Shown piece after piece: positions 40,310-51,181 of a stretch of 64,000 bases of DNA. The position numbers and the translations under genes were made by a program. The notes under the pieces were generated by a model. It was given only the letters and a program-made list of their open reading frames with translations. It ran no database searches and was not told the origin of the DNA. Origin of the DNA: a virus (Duplodnaviria > Heunggongvirae > Uroviricota > Caudoviricetes); the IMG/VR virus record IMGVR_UViG_3300033073_000554, positions 1 to 64,000 of that record. One strand, 5' to 3'. Within the stretch, counting starts at the first letter, position 1. The number at the start of each line of letters is the position of its first letter.

Positions 40310-40786
40310 TTAAGAGTATGTAGCATAGTCATAAACCAATGATAATTCAGGTTGTACAACATCATCTGAAGACCAATCCATAGACCCAAAATTGATAGAT
40401 GATATATGCGCGTTTATCAACTTCCACGTTTTAAATAATGTATCATCTGAATTTAAAATTTGAATTTGTACATCTCCCATATACGCATCTTTAAATGCAT
40501 CTATACCATCCTGAGTTTTCTGATGTTTCTGTAAATAATTCCACAATTTATCATGCGTGTGAGGTGCGGTCATAGCATATAATGTCATTGAGACCTCATT
40601 CCATCTTGTCTTACCTTTAACATATGCATATGTATTACCATATTCCAATAATATTGGATTGTTATCCATCGATGGTAATGTTACCGCCTTTGCATATGTC
40701 ACAAATCCACTTGAATCTAATTCACTGAATTGAACTTTGAAATTAAATCCTAAAATTGGTTTATAATCGCTTACTGATACTCTCAT
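40310..40786 (-). CDS. tail tube protein paralogue 3 (most diverged)
   Basis: 158 aa; shares the VKGKTRWNEVSMTLY core with paralogues 1 and 2. Confidence 0.6.
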   Translation of the reverse strand: MRVSVSDYKPILGFNFKVQFSELDSSGFVTYAKAVTLPSMDNNPILLEYGNTYAYVKGKTRWNEVSMTLYAMTAPHTHDKLWNYLQKHQKTQDGIDAFKDAYMGDVQIQILNSDDTLFKTWKLINAHISSINFGSMDWSSDDVVQPELSLVYDYATYS

Positions 40787-41268
40787 TATGCTCCCTGATA
40801 AATAGCAAAATCATACGTTATTGTTAAATTGGCTTCGGTGACTGCATCATTATCCCATGACATATCACCCCACGACACTGCCGACATAAATGCATCATGC
40901 AATATCCATCTCCCGATAACCGCTTGCATAGGATTTAACATCCATAATTGTATATCATGCTTATATGATGTAGTAGTTTTATCTGTACCAAGTTGAACTA
41001 TATGGTGTTTACTATTGAGATACAACCATAGGCTATTCATTGTTATACCCTCAAATTGATAACAATTGATAGATATATCATTCCACTTAGTCTTACCTTT
41101 GACATTTACATATCCACCCAGATGATCTACTCTAACTGGAGTGTTATCGAAGGATGGAAGTTGAGCCGATTTACCATACAATTGGACCCCCGGTAACTGA
41201 CCACTATGGATCATATATCGGTGCTGTAAAATTGGGTGTATAGCATACGGTGAAGATAATCTAGGCAT
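40786..41268 (-). CDS. tail tube protein paralogue 2
   Basis: 160 aa; MPRLSSP ... VKGKTKWNDISINCYQFEGIT aligns with paralogue 1 over the full length. Confidence 0.65.
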   Translation of the reverse strand: MPRLSSPYAIHPILQHRYMIHSGQLPGVQLYGKSAQLPSFDNTPVRVDHLGGYVNVKGKTKWNDISINCYQFEGITMNSLWLYLNSKHHIVQLGTDKTTTSYKHDIQLWMLNPMQAVIGRWILHDAFMSAVSWGDMSWDNDAVTEANLTITYDFAIYQGA

Positions 41269-41293
41269 TCTGAATATAAATAGATGTTAAAAT

Positions 41294-41321
41294 AAAAAAG
41301 GCATCCAATTTCTCGGACACC
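41294..41321 (-). terminator. rho-independent terminator after the small membrane-protein gene
   Basis: minus RNA GGUGUCC-gagaaauu-GGAUGCC (5 WC + 2 G-U pairs) followed by U6. Confidence 0.45.
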
Positions 41322-41349
41322 CTTTTATTTTACCTAAATTGTCTAATAA

Positions 41350-41553
41350 TTACTTCAAGCGATCGCCGTTCTTGAAAAAGCCGTACAATGTTACGCAGAA
41401 TCCGATTATTGATGTTGCAGAAGCTATTAACGAATCCATATTGTCTAATATGTATGTTATAATTCCTGTAAATTTACTCAAACCTAGCATGACTGCCATT
41501 GAACCTAATGCTGTTAAAATGTGTCTAATTATCGACGCTGTATTCTTATTCAT
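41350..41553 (-). CDS. small two-TM membrane protein (holin-like?) embedded between tube paralogues
   Basis: 67 aa with two hydrophobic helices and a charged C-terminus (KNGDRLK). Confidence 0.45.
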   Translation of the reverse strand: MNKNTASIIRHILTALGSMAVMLGLSKFTGIITYILDNMDSLIASATSIIGFCVTLYGFFKNGDRLK

Positions 41554-41585
41554 TTTTATTTTCCTTTACTTTTTAATTAATGTTA

Positions 41586-42062
41586 TTATGAAAATTCCGC
41601 ATAATCATATGATATCGTAATCTCTGCGTTGACTACATCATCTGTACCCCAATCCATGTCTCCCCAGTTTACTGTACTAATAAATGCTCCGATCATTTTC
41701 CATGTTCCAGTTGGACTTGATCCGTCTGGTCCTAAAATTTGTAATTGCATATCATGTTTATACACTGGTGCATATGAATCTGTCGCTGGTGTTACTTTTT
41801 GATGCTCATTGAAATACGACCATATCTCTTTAGCTGTTATTCCCTCAAAGTGATAGCATGATAAAGTAATATCATTCCATCTGGTTTTACCCTTTACTTT
41901 GAAATAATAATTTATGTGCTCAACGTTAACAGGTGCGTTATCGGCAGATGGTTGTTGGGCAGATCGGGCATATATCTTCGCACCGGGCAACTTAGACGTC
42001 TGCATTTGATATCTAAATTGAAGTGATGGATGATGGGACCCGGGGGCTACTACTCTTGGCAT
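41586..42062 (-). CDS. tail tube protein paralogue 1 (gp19-like)
   Basis: 158 aa, immediately downstream of the sheath gene; MPRVVAPGS ... VKGKTRWNDITLSCYHFEGIT. Confidence 0.65.
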   Translation of the reverse strand: MPRVVAPGSHHPSLQFRYQMQTSKLPGAKIYARSAQQPSADNAPVNVEHINYYFKVKGKTRWNDITLSCYHFEGITAKEIWSYFNEHQKVTPATDSYAPVYKHDMQLQILGPDGSSPTGTWKMIGAFISTVNWGDMDWGTDDVVNAEITISYDYAEFS

Positions 42063-42104
42063 GTTATTTTCCTATTTCTTATATATAGTTTCGTTTCAAA
42101 AAAA

Positions 42105-43940
42105 TTATTCTTTAGTATCCAATGGAAATAATGCACCCGTTGGTAACACATTAAAATCTACGATAATGAATTCCGCAGTTTTAGCTGGCTTCAAATATAT
42201 AGCAGCTCTCATTTCATTTCTATCAACCACGTCTGGAGTGTTATTTCTCTCGTCTATAACGATTCTATAATCGTATAAACCTTGTTGTGATTGCACTTTT
42301 CTGAAATATGGCTCTGCTATTTCGATGAATCTAGCACGCGTTTCATTTGTGTTTTGTTCGAACACTAAATATTTAACTGTTTGCGCAATAAATCTCTTAG
42401 CATCTAACAATAATCGTCGAACATTAATCCTATCTAGTGCACTTCTCTTCTTCTGAAGTGTTTTTTGACCCCATACCGCAATACCAGTTTTAGGGAATGA
42501 TGCAATTGGATTAACAGATTTGATATATAAATTATCTCTATCATTTTGTGTCATTAATCTTTCAGTCTGAACGGCAATATCAATACCACCACGATTTAAA
42601 CCAGCTGGTGCATACCATGGATGAGCCACTAAATCGTTGAACGAGAATACACCCGGAACAACGGCACTTGGTGGTACCCATACATTTCTACCCAAATCAG
42701 GATCTGGTATTTGAATCCATGGATAGTACATTGCAGCATAATTAGTGTTTCTACCTTCAGCAGCCAATTGTGCTTGACCTACAGTACTACCGTGGGTAGT
42801 AGGGTCTATCATGTAGAATACATCTCCACGATCTTCACACATATTTATACCACGAGTAATCAATTTAGCATGATCGGAGCAACCTTCAATAAGCCCCGGT
42901 GTCAATAGCATGTTAATATCATATTGATCCTTATTCGCTAAGATATCAATCGCATCCTGATATGCTGTAGAACCACTCACTGCAACTGCTACATTTAGCC
43001 CTTGAGTATTGTTGTTGTATATTGATTCATACATAGCACGTGGATGAGAAACATTACCTTCAGATCCATATGCAAATGTTCCAGAAACTATCGCTGGTAA
43101 AGATCCAGTTAATGCGGCAGATCTAATAGATCCATTAGCATTCAAATAGTTCATTGTGTTGTTTACTGACTTAACCCTAACAAATCGAGATCTATTAGCA
43201 TAAGATCCAGATTTTTGTAAATATGGCTCTCCAGATGAATCATATCTCAATGTCCACTTCATATCACCAATAACTCTACTGATATAATTTGCAGTAGTAG
43301 GATCCAATGAAATTTGTGAATATTGCTCAATTATCACTTTTCTAGAATCTATATCATCACCACGTCTGATTAATAAATCAAATGTACCACGATCATTATT
43401 TACACCAGAAATTTCCCATCTGATATTATATGCAGACCCAGATACTAATGCACCACCAGTTGTTAAATCGGCTGCTATACCTGAACCAGAATCTGTTGCA
43501 GCGGTTTGACCCGAATTTGTAATATCTCCATCAGATAGAGCCTCTAAAGAGAACGCCATATTACTTGCCGCTTGAGATGATGTCCCAGCTACTTGTAATT
43601 GTCTAGATGCTGAATTTATAATATTAGTATATGCTGGTTGATAATTACCAGCTAATGTTCTAACTACTGTTATTACATCACCATATTTTAAATACTCTTG
43701 AACTGCGTATGTAGTTAAGTATTTATATTCTTGCTCACTTGCACCAGATCCAGATGAAAACACATCTCCAAACCATCTAATATATTCAGAGTATGTCGAT
43801 AGCGATGTTGGTACCAACGCTGGTCCACGTACTGTCGGACCGACAATTGCTGCACCTACCGCAGAAATTTGCTCTGGGAGATAACTTAAATCAAATTCGC
43901 GGGTAAATACACCAGCAGATATGAATACATTCTTAGCCAT
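42105..43940 (-). CDS. contractile tail sheath protein
   Basis: 611 aa, directly upstream of the tube genes; assignment by size and synteny. Confidence 0.65.
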   Translation of the reverse strand: MAKNVFISAGVFTREFDLSYLPEQISAVGAAIVGPTVRGPALVPTSLSTYSEYIRWFGDVFSSGSGASEQEYKYLTTYAVQEYLKYGDVITVVRTLAGNYQPAYTNIINSASRQLQVAGTSSQAASNMAFSLEALSDGDITNSGQTAATDSGSGIAADLTTGGALVSGSAYNIRWEISGVNNDRGTFDLLIRRGDDIDSRKVIIEQYSQISLDPTTANYISRVIGDMKWTLRYDSSGEPYLQKSGSYANRSRFVRVKSVNNTMNYLNANGSIRSAALTGSLPAIVSGTFAYGSEGNVSHPRAMYESIYNNNTQGLNVAVAVSGSTAYQDAIDILANKDQYDINMLLTPGLIEGCSDHAKLITRGINMCEDRGDVFYMIDPTTHGSTVGQAQLAAEGRNTNYAAMYYPWIQIPDPDLGRNVWVPPSAVVPGVFSFNDLVAHPWYAPAGLNRGGIDIAVQTERLMTQNDRDNLYIKSVNPIASFPKTGIAVWGQKTLQKKRSALDRINVRRLLLDAKRFIAQTVKYLVFEQNTNETRARFIEIAEPYFRKVQSQQGLYDYRIVIDERNNTPDVVDRNEMRAAIYLKPAKTAEFIIVDFNVLPTGALFPLDTKE

Positions 43941-44030
43941 TAAATATCCTCTATTATTTTTATTTAGATACTCAATATATTTATGGTATATCGGTAACTA
44001 ACTATAATTATTAAATTTTTTGACCAAACG

Positions 44031-44918
44031 TTATCGAAAACGGATATTTCTTTTCAAATTTCTATTTAGTATACTCTGGTCTTCCTGTGATATATCTAAG
44101 TACTGAGAATTTCTGAAATATGGTTCATTTATATAAAAATCAGATTCTTCTCTCTCGGCTGTAAATCTAGTAGTTTTAACAGTGAAAGCCTTGTCTACAT
44201 TAGCTTCCTTATATTCATATTCTTCCATTAAATAGCCATCAATTACAAGTGGTATTGTAGCCGATACCATACGATCATCCCCCGATGAGTTTACGGTATT
44301 CATATTAGCACCAGTAATGGATGCTCTAAATGTATAATAATCACCCCACATATGATTTGATATACTAATAAATGCGTGAACAATCGTATTCAGCTGTGCT
44401 ACTAAATGTGTCCACACTATCAAATCATAATTAACTCTAACATAATCTGGCATTTGAACCGCATAATATTCATTTGAAGGTTTTCGGTTTATTTGTCCAC
44501 CAAATCTGTCATATCTATTTTCCAAAGTTTTATATGGATAGAAATTTACACGTGCGGTCTTATTATTTAAATCCAAAGTATGTAATCGATCATCTTCATC
44601 TACTGAAGTTCGCCTAATAGCAATAATAGGTGCCATCAGTTTTTTAGAAGAATCTCGCATATATCCGCGCGATTTTATCTGCGACCACCTTTCACTATCA
44701 GCATATATCGCTGGAACATCTATCATTTTACCTTCATGTTCAATCTTAAGTGCCATATTTTTATTTATATGCCACAGCACGGCATAATCAATATCATATA
44801 ATGTCACCTTCGGTAATTTGACTAAATCGGTGTCTCGCCTGACGTCTGCGGCGCGACTTGTATTTGGAGTTATGTGACCAGATTCAAATGGTAATATTGG
44901 TCGCTGATTTTCTGCCAT
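44031..44918 (-). CDS. tail completion / sheath stabiliser (gp15-like)
   Basis: segment KMIDVPAIYADSERW resembles T4 gp15 KFIRVPITYASKEHF; similar size; precedes the sheath gene. Confidence 0.45.
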   Translation of the reverse strand: MAENQRPILPFESGHITPNTSRAADVRRDTDLVKLPKVTLYDIDYAVLWHINKNMALKIEHEGKMIDVPAIYADSERWSQIKSRGYMRDSSKKLMAPIIAIRRTSVDEDDRLHTLDLNNKTARVNFYPYKTLENRYDRFGGQINRKPSNEYYAVQMPDYVRVNYDLIVWTHLVAQLNTIVHAFISISNHMWGDYYTFRASITGANMNTVNSSGDDRMVSATIPLVIDGYLMEEYEYKEANVDKAFTVKTTRFTAEREESDFYINEPYFRNSQYLDISQEDQSILNRNLKRNIRFR

Positions 44919-45466
44919 TAGAGATTCCTCGGGATCATAATGTTATTTGTAAAGCTATTATTACCAGATCTAGTTTCCTGAATATTTAAATTTGATATTG
45001 ATGTTAAATGAGCTTCAGCTATTACTGAAATATTCATTCCAAAATCTGCGAACTCACCTTCAACTTGTCCAATAAGATTGTCTGGGTCTCTACCAAACCA
45101 ATATGAATTACTTATAATATTATTGACTTCAAAAAATAGATTATGATGTTTGATAATATCAGATATTTCGATTACTAAATCTATATCAACTAAATCATCT
45201 CGTAAAAATGCAAATTTTATAGTTTTTTTAGTATCTATATCACCAAAATCTGTATCACTTACACTAGTATCATCTTCAGTTATTAATGCATGGATTCTAA
45301 TTGGTGAATAATATATTTTATTACTACTTTCGCCATAAATATTTGTTTTTGTATCGATTGGTGATAACTTATATAATGCAATTTCAGTGTCAACGATTCG
45401 GTGAATCATTTCACGGTTTATCCCACGAATAAATGCAGCATCTCTTTTACTGCCGAACATTGCCAT
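44918..45466 (-). CDS. neck/tail-terminator candidate
   Basis: 182-aa ORF, start/stop-coupled within the tail-completion block. Confidence 0.35.
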   Translation of the reverse strand: MAMFGSKRDAAFIRGINREMIHRIVDTEIALYKLSPIDTKTNIYGESSNKIYYSPIRIHALITEDDTSVSDTDFGDIDTKKTIKFAFLRDDLVDIDLVIEISDIIKHHNLFFEVNNIISNSYWFGRDPDNLIGQVEGEFADFGMNISVIAEAHLTSISNLNIQETRSGNNSFTNNIMIPRNL

Positions 45467-45472
45467 ATTATT

Positions 45473-46615
45473 TTACCCCACGTATATCTTGAGTGGCACC
45501 TTTGAGAGATGTTTCGATAACATATCTGATTCAGTACTACTTCGTTCTAATTGCGATTGCCGACTTAATTGATCTAAAATTTCCTTCAACTCCGATAAAC
45601 ATGATTCCATTTCGCGTTCAGCAGCCGAAATTAGATCTGCACTATTTAATGAGGTACTTTCCCCGGGAACCACTATTGACTGATATTTTCCACGTACATA
45701 CCCAAGCATCTCTTTAGCAATTGCCAAAGCATATTTTTTAATCCACTGTTTGCCCATTTGATTGATATATCCATATGCTAACAACCCATATGGAACATTA
45801 CTATAATTCGTAACCTTTCCATCACTTGTAGTTGAACTCACATTTTCATCATCTAAGGTGTAATTAAACCAAATTTTAAACGAATCTGATGGTATTGGAA
45901 ATATTCTAATTCTATTATTTGTAATCTGGAATGAATATGATGATCTGCGTATTTGATCATTTAATTCAACCGCTTGTGCTCGCAATACGTCTTCATAAAG
46001 TGGCATCGATAAATAATCACTCGACATCGCGGATAAACCAAATCCAAATTCATTGGATAATCCTAATGAGGTTCCAAGTGCGCCCTGATAATTAGAGTAC
46101 GCTGGAGTGTCTTCATGAAACACTCGTCTTATTGTAAATTGATTTGTAGAAAATGAACCAGTTTCTATTGTGGTATCTGTCAATAAATTATATACCTGTT
46201 TATTCGCGACTACTTGAATACTACCAGTAAACCATGTCAATGTCCCACCTGAACCGACTTCAGTACCGAATTCTTTAGCCAATTTGAATATTCCACGCAT
46301 CGTTGGTGGTATATATTGGGTACTCAAATTTAGAGATCCAGTATCAATCCCCATTAATCGTAATATATTATCTCTGGCGGCATATGTTGCTACCTGAGAT
46401 CCATATTCATTTACAGCGTCTTCATATGCGGCATAAAAATTTTTGTCTTGTAATTCGACATCCATGATTGGATAACCTAATCTCTTTGCCGCCCAATTAG
46501 AAAATTCTTCGACCTCACATTGAAATCGTGGATCCTCGTCGTAATAACCAAATGGCGTATCACCGATGAAGAATGATGCCGATCCGGGGTATATTGGTGC
46601 TGTAGTTGATGCCAT
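45473..46615 (-). CDS. neck or baseplate structural protein candidate
   Basis: 380-aa ORF in the structural block. Confidence 0.35.
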   Translation of the reverse strand: MASTTAPIYPGSASFFIGDTPFGYYDEDPRFQCEVEEFSNWAAKRLGYPIMDVELQDKNFYAAYEDAVNEYGSQVATYAARDNILRLMGIDTGSLNLSTQYIPPTMRGIFKLAKEFGTEVGSGGTLTWFTGSIQVVANKQVYNLLTDTTIETGSFSTNQFTIRRVFHEDTPAYSNYQGALGTSLGLSNEFGFGLSAMSSDYLSMPLYEDVLRAQAVELNDQIRRSSYSFQITNNRIRIFPIPSDSFKIWFNYTLDDENVSSTTSDGKVTNYSNVPYGLLAYGYINQMGKQWIKKYALAIAKEMLGYVRGKYQSIVVPGESTSLNSADLISAAEREMESCLSELKEILDQLSRQSQLERSSTESDMLSKHLSKVPLKIYVG

Positions 46616-46640
46616 ATACTATAAATAGATATGATCGGCA

Positions 46641-46985
46641 TTAAACATCTTCTACCTCACCTTCTACATATAATTTACGTAATGCGTCATATGCCTGTGA
46701 ATAGATGTTCAACGACGAATCTGGATCAAATTTGAAATTAAGTGTACCAGTTGAAAGTGGGGTAACATAATTTTTCCGAGATTCAGCATCTGGATATACT
46801 GTATAAGTTACAATATTCTCAAATCTGGAAACCCACGTTAATCGTTCTGCTACTTTTGGGTCTTCTGGGTCATCCACTATTTCAAACTTTTCATAGTCAA
46901 CATGCTCTGATCGTAATTTAGAGATTCTGATATACATTTTATCGTATACCACATCATCCATGATAATTTTACCTTGTAATGCCAT
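46641..46985 (-). CDS. small structural protein candidate
   Basis: 114-aa ORF. Confidence 0.35.
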   Translation of the reverse strand: MALQGKIIMDDVVYDKMYIRISKLRSEHVDYEKFEIVDDPEDPKVAERLTWVSRFENIVTYTVYPDAESRKNYVTPLSTGTLNFKFDPDSSLNIYSQAYDALRKLYVEGEVEDV

Positions 46986-47048
46986 AATTATTATTTAAGT
47001 TATCGTGTATCTATATGATATTTTGAATTATCATTTGTTTCAGCGATG

Positions 47049-47306
47049 TTATAAAGAGTCTACTACTTTTTTATAACATTTACACATGGCATTGACAAGT
47101 TTAGTGTCAGTTGCCGTGTATATCACACCATCTTTATTGATAGTATATGTATAAGTACTACCATTTAATACCCAATCTGATTGATTAATATTATCTAAAT
47201 TATTAATTTCAATTTCCAACTCTCGATACGTAAACATTCTCACCAATGTTGGGTCCGTTTTCACAACAAAATCAAACGATGGAACGCCCGATGTAATAGT
47301 CACCAC
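47049..47306 (-). CDS. hypothetical protein (GTG start)
   Basis: 85-aa ORF. Confidence 0.3.
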   Translation of the reverse strand: MVTITSGVPSFDFVVKTDPTLVRMFTYRELEIEINNLDNINQSDWVLNGSTYTYTINKDGVIYTATDTKLVNAMCKCYKKVVDSL

Positions 47307-47498
47307 CCTATATGTATCATCGCCTTACTGTGATATAGCTAAATGTTGTGTAGCAGCACTTGATTCATAAAATACTTGATCTACCATCACGTTGGTATTC
47401 ATGTTTTTTGCAGCTAATGCATTTTTTAATGCTAGTGAAACCGCATACGATGTTTGTTCTTTTCTAATTGCCATAATATTTTCCTTTTGTTTTAATTT

Positions 47499-48785
47499 TT
47501 AATGTAATACTGCCCTAGTATATATTTGAGACACGTGCATAAATCTATTTGTTGTACCAACGGTTTTAGCAATTATCGCTCTAGTTGAAACTGCGGCATT
47601 CTGTGGAATGGTAAATAAATTGACATTTGGAATTATACCACATAATGTCCCATTAACATAGAATCTAGCTTCTAACTCTTTATTAACTTCAGTTCTCAAT
47701 ACGTATGCAGTGTTTGCGGCGACTGATATACCCAAATTAATTATAGTCTTTCCACCCGCACCTGCAATTGAAAAACCTTCGAAATTTCCAGATGATGATG
47801 CATTGGTGTACCGAATTCCACAACTTGAATTTGCCGCCAAATCAGCAACCGCGGTAGAACTATTATTTAATCCAACTTCAATTCCATATTCTTGGGCAGC
47901 GGTTGATAAATTTTCCAATCCTATAGTCGCTTCACCAGATATGTGGTGAAACCCAGTATACCCCGTAAATCCAGTATTTTTATTAATAAATATCATGGCA
48001 GCTCCGGGAACGGATGTACCAGTTGCTAATCTCCAAGATGATCCAACGGAATCCAACATTGTACTACTATTCGTATTTGCACCACTACCAAGTACCGCAA
48101 ATCCGATATGCCCAGCGTCCCCAGCTGTTACCGACCCGGGAGAACCGTGAGTAGATATAATTTTATGCGTATTACAATTTGGATAATGTGAAATTAACCA
48201 TTTAGCCATCGTAGTATCATAACACAATCCAATTGATTGTTTTGGCTGAATTATTATATCTTCATACGATTCAATTTGGTTGGATGCTGAAGAGCTAGGA
48301 TGATTACCTGAAACATAAAAACTATATGATCCAGTGTTAATCAATGTTAGTTCCCTAGCCGCTGATTGTGATACAATTCCATTTATACCGTATATATGAT
48401 TACACGCAACTTTTATAGTATTTACTGAATATATACCAGCTGGATTCCAGTTATTAACAGTAGCCGTTATCATTGAACTTCCAGTAATTGCATATGTTGC
48501 AGCAGATCCACCACCATTTGCCGCATAACTAGCAGATATTACATTTAAAATACCACTTCCGTCACCTTTAAATGATCCAGTGAATGATCCAGTAAATGGT
48601 GATGTTATTGTTCGAAATTGCGCGGATGATGATACTATACCTGATGGAATAGTTGCAACTACTCCAGTTAATCCAGATCCGTCACCAACATATGATCCAG
48701 AGAATGATCCAGATACTGTTATGGCGGTAATATTGGCTAGTGAAGCATCACTACCCGAATAAATTAATTTTCTCCAATTTGGCAT
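47499..48785 (-). CDS. tail fibre family protein (428 aa)
   Basis: repeats SGSFSGSYVGDGSGLTGV and FTGSFTGSFKGDGSGILNV shared with 4 other ORFs; Gly/Ser/Thr-rich beta-rich body. Confidence 0.55.
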   Translation of the reverse strand: MPNWRKLIYSGSDASLANITAITVSGSFSGSYVGDGSGLTGVVATIPSGIVSSSAQFRTITSPFTGSFTGSFKGDGSGILNVISASYAANGGGSAATYAITGSSMITATVNNWNPAGIYSVNTIKVACNHIYGINGIVSQSAARELTLINTGSYSFYVSGNHPSSSASNQIESYEDIIIQPKQSIGLCYDTTMAKWLISHYPNCNTHKIISTHGSPGSVTAGDAGHIGFAVLGSGANTNSSTMLDSVGSSWRLATGTSVPGAAMIFINKNTGFTGYTGFHHISGEATIGLENLSTAAQEYGIEVGLNNSSTAVADLAANSSCGIRYTNASSSGNFEGFSIAGAGGKTIINLGISVAANTAYVLRTEVNKELEARFYVNGTLCGIIPNVNLFTIPQNAAVSTRAIIAKTVGTTNRFMHVSQIYTRAVLH

Positions 48786-48872
48786 ATATTACTTACATTT
48801 ACGGTTGGTTACGATCTAGTCGCCCACTTCTAATCAACGTTGATCAGCCAATAAACTCAAATATATATAGTA

Positions 48873-49103
48873 TTATTTTTTCTTTATATTCTTAGACGGT
48901 AATTCATCTGGTACTAGCACCATACCATCAACAATTGGTGGACTAACTTCGGCTTCAGCATTTTTGGCAATTGCGAGTTGTTCATAAACGGTGTTTAATA
49001 ATTTTCCGACCGCCCATGCATCAGTTCCTTTAATAGTCAATGCATGTAATGATTCTCTGATTATTACGAATTCAGAGGTGTCTAGTGTAATATTATGTTT
49101 CAT
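48873..49103 (-). CDS. hypothetical small protein
   Basis: 76-aa ORF between fibre genes. Confidence 0.3.
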   Translation of the reverse strand: MKHNITLDTSEFVIIRESLHALTIKGTDAWAVGKLLNTVYEQLAIAKNAEAEVSPPIVDGMVLVPDELPSKNIKKK

Positions 49104-49311
49104 GTGTTAAAAGTTTTCTATATTCTTGCAGTTTATATATTACATTATATAATTGTTCAATGTCCTTCACTGGAGAATTCGCAGTCATTAGTGCACGCAT
49201 TAATACGTCAACTTCACTAAGTGTTAATGATACACTTGGTTGTGGCACTATAACCTCTTTACTTGGATGTACTTTTCCTATCAATCCCATTATGTATTTA
49301 ACTAAACCCAA
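49093..49311 (-). CDS. hypothetical small protein (fibre chaperone?)
   Basis: 72-aa ORF between fibre genes. Confidence 0.3.
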   Translation of the reverse strand: MGLVKYIMGLIGKVHPSKEVIVPQPSVSLTLSEVDVLMRALMTANSPVKDIEQLYNVIYKLQEYRKLLTHET

Positions 49312-50375
49312 ATGTACGCAGCAGTTCCAGATATTTTAATGTTTCCAACTTTTTGATGTGCCGCAACGTCAACCATTCCACCGTCCACATCTACTACAGC
49401 TGCTACATATGCATCTGGAACAACCGCCGATGCTGTTGAACTTAATTTAGTATTTATTTGCATTGAAAATCTAGCTGCTGAATCATACCATGCAAATGCC
49501 GCACCTGAAAAATCTGTTTCAGTTTGAATTATAATACCACCATCTCCAGTAGCTGATCCTGAATTCAATAGTACAAATCTATCTTCAACATTTAGATTCG
49601 TAACTTCCATATTGTATGTTGTACCCAATATAGTAAGGTCTCCAGCTACAGTTACATTTGTACCGAACGTGGATGTTCCAACCGTTAATAGTGTACCATC
49701 ATATGTAAACGACGCTCCAGATGTTAAGGTATCTGCATCTGAGAAATAAGCAACTCTAGTATTTGCTCCAGCACCATCTATTAATGTTGATCCCCAAACG
49801 CGCGGATCAATTTCATCATTTACAAAATTTCCATTTGAATCTAATACCACTACAGTATTATCAACACCAGTTGGCATTGATGTAGCCTTAAAAGATGACC
49901 CAGTAACTGTACCAAATAATACATTCGCGGTTGTCTTTAAATCTTGCGGCGTGTTTAATGTTACTAATAATTGGGTAGCATCTGTTACACTGAAATTAAA
50001 TCCATGTGCAGAAGCTGTATTGAATCGTATATTATCAGTAGCTGTTGCAAATGATGCGGATGTACCATTATCACCACTTATATTAAATGTTGAATCTGCT
50101 AATACACCAGTTAATCCCGTCCCAGATCCGACAAACGAACCTGAAAATGATCCAGACATTACTACCGCGCTAGCTCCAGTTGTTCTAACTACTGTACCTG
50201 TACCGTTACTACCAATTGTTGTATAAGTAGACGTTCCAGATCCAACTAGGAAGTTATTTAATCCCGATGTTGCTAATCCAGTACCCCCACTAGAACCAGC
50301 TAAAGGTGTATCTAATGTTAAGGATGCTAATTGTGCAGCCGAACCGCTGAGTACTACTAATTTCCACGATGCCAT
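49302..50375 (-). CDS. tail fibre family protein (357 aa)
   Basis: SGSFSGSFVGSGTGLTGV motif; Thr/Gly-rich beta-helix-like body. Confidence 0.5.
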   Translation of the reverse strand: MASWKLVVLSGSAAQLASLTLDTPLAGSSGGTGLATSGLNNFLVGSGTSTYTTIGSNGTGTVVRTTGASAVVMSGSFSGSFVGSGTGLTGVLADSTFNISGDNGTSASFATATDNIRFNTASAHGFNFSVTDATQLLVTLNTPQDLKTTANVLFGTVTGSSFKATSMPTGVDNTVVVLDSNGNFVNDEIDPRVWGSTLIDGAGANTRVAYFSDADTLTSGASFTYDGTLLTVGTSTFGTNVTVAGDLTILGTTYNMEVTNLNVEDRFVLLNSGSATGDGGIIIQTETDFSGAAFAWYDSAARFSMQINTKLSSTASAVVPDAYVAAVVDVDGGMVDVAAHQKVGNIKISGTAAYIWV

Positions 50376-50424
50376 TGTTTAATTCCTTGTCTATATATAG
50401 TATTTTTTTTCGATCTCACTTATT

Positions 50425-51006
50425 TTAACTTCCAACGAATAGATTTGATGCGCTGAAAAATAAACCTCCAACCCTAGCACTTGGTGTATATGAAAATGAA
50501 CCAAGTACTAGCACTCCATCACTATCAATTTTATAAGCTTCGAATGATCCACTACTAATTCTATGTATAGTTTTGGAACCATCGCCGATTACATCGACAG
50601 ATCCTGTTACGCTTATTTTTATATCTGAAATTGAATTCCTAATTATCACTGGATTATTACTATCAAACCCAAATGATGATGTTCCAATATATGCATTTGT
50701 AATTATTAGTTTATTTCTACCCCCCGTCAAACTTACAAATACCTCTTCATTATTTATAAAATTTAAAGATGCGGTAGAAATATTTAATGATTTCCACGGA
50801 CTAGAAATAGACCCCAATGAAAACGATGTCAACTCCCCACTAGCAGTAAACGGTAATATTGATGAGCTGATTGGTGATGGAAAATTTATATTTATTAATC
50901 CACTACCGTCTCCTTTAAAAGATCCAGTAAATTGTGAGTATGATATATTACCCATTGAGGATGATATATTAGTTGCTCCAATAAGATGTGAATTATATAT
51001 TTTCAT
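50425..51006 (-). CDS. short tail fibre family protein (193 aa)
   Basis: N-terminal FTGSFKGDGSGLININ motif. Confidence 0.5.
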   Translation of the reverse strand: MKIYNSHLIGATNISSSMGNISYSQFTGSFKGDGSGLININFPSPISSSILPFTASGELTSFSLGSISSPWKSLNISTASLNFINNEEVFVSLTGGRNKLIITNAYIGTSSFGFDSNNPVIIRNSISDIKISVTGSVDVIGDGSKTIHRISSGSFEAYKIDSDGVLVLGSFSYTPSARVGGLFFSASNLFVGS

Positions 51007-51181
51007 CTACTTCTAAAAAACGCTTATATTTTCAGTTCCATATAATCTCTTTTCAAACAATACTGTCTGCGCTTCAATAAAAATTGGACTACCAGCAGAT
51101 CCAGAAAATGGTAATTCAATGGTAAATGTCGGACCAACGGCTGAACTAGTTACTGCAAATAATATATCATCTAGTGCCATA

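Noticed and set aside
41339-41620. Plus-strand 93-aa ORF in the tube region
   Set aside because: It overlaps the minus-strand small membrane gene and the end of tube paralogue 1. The minus-strand terminator hairpin only forms on the minus transcript.
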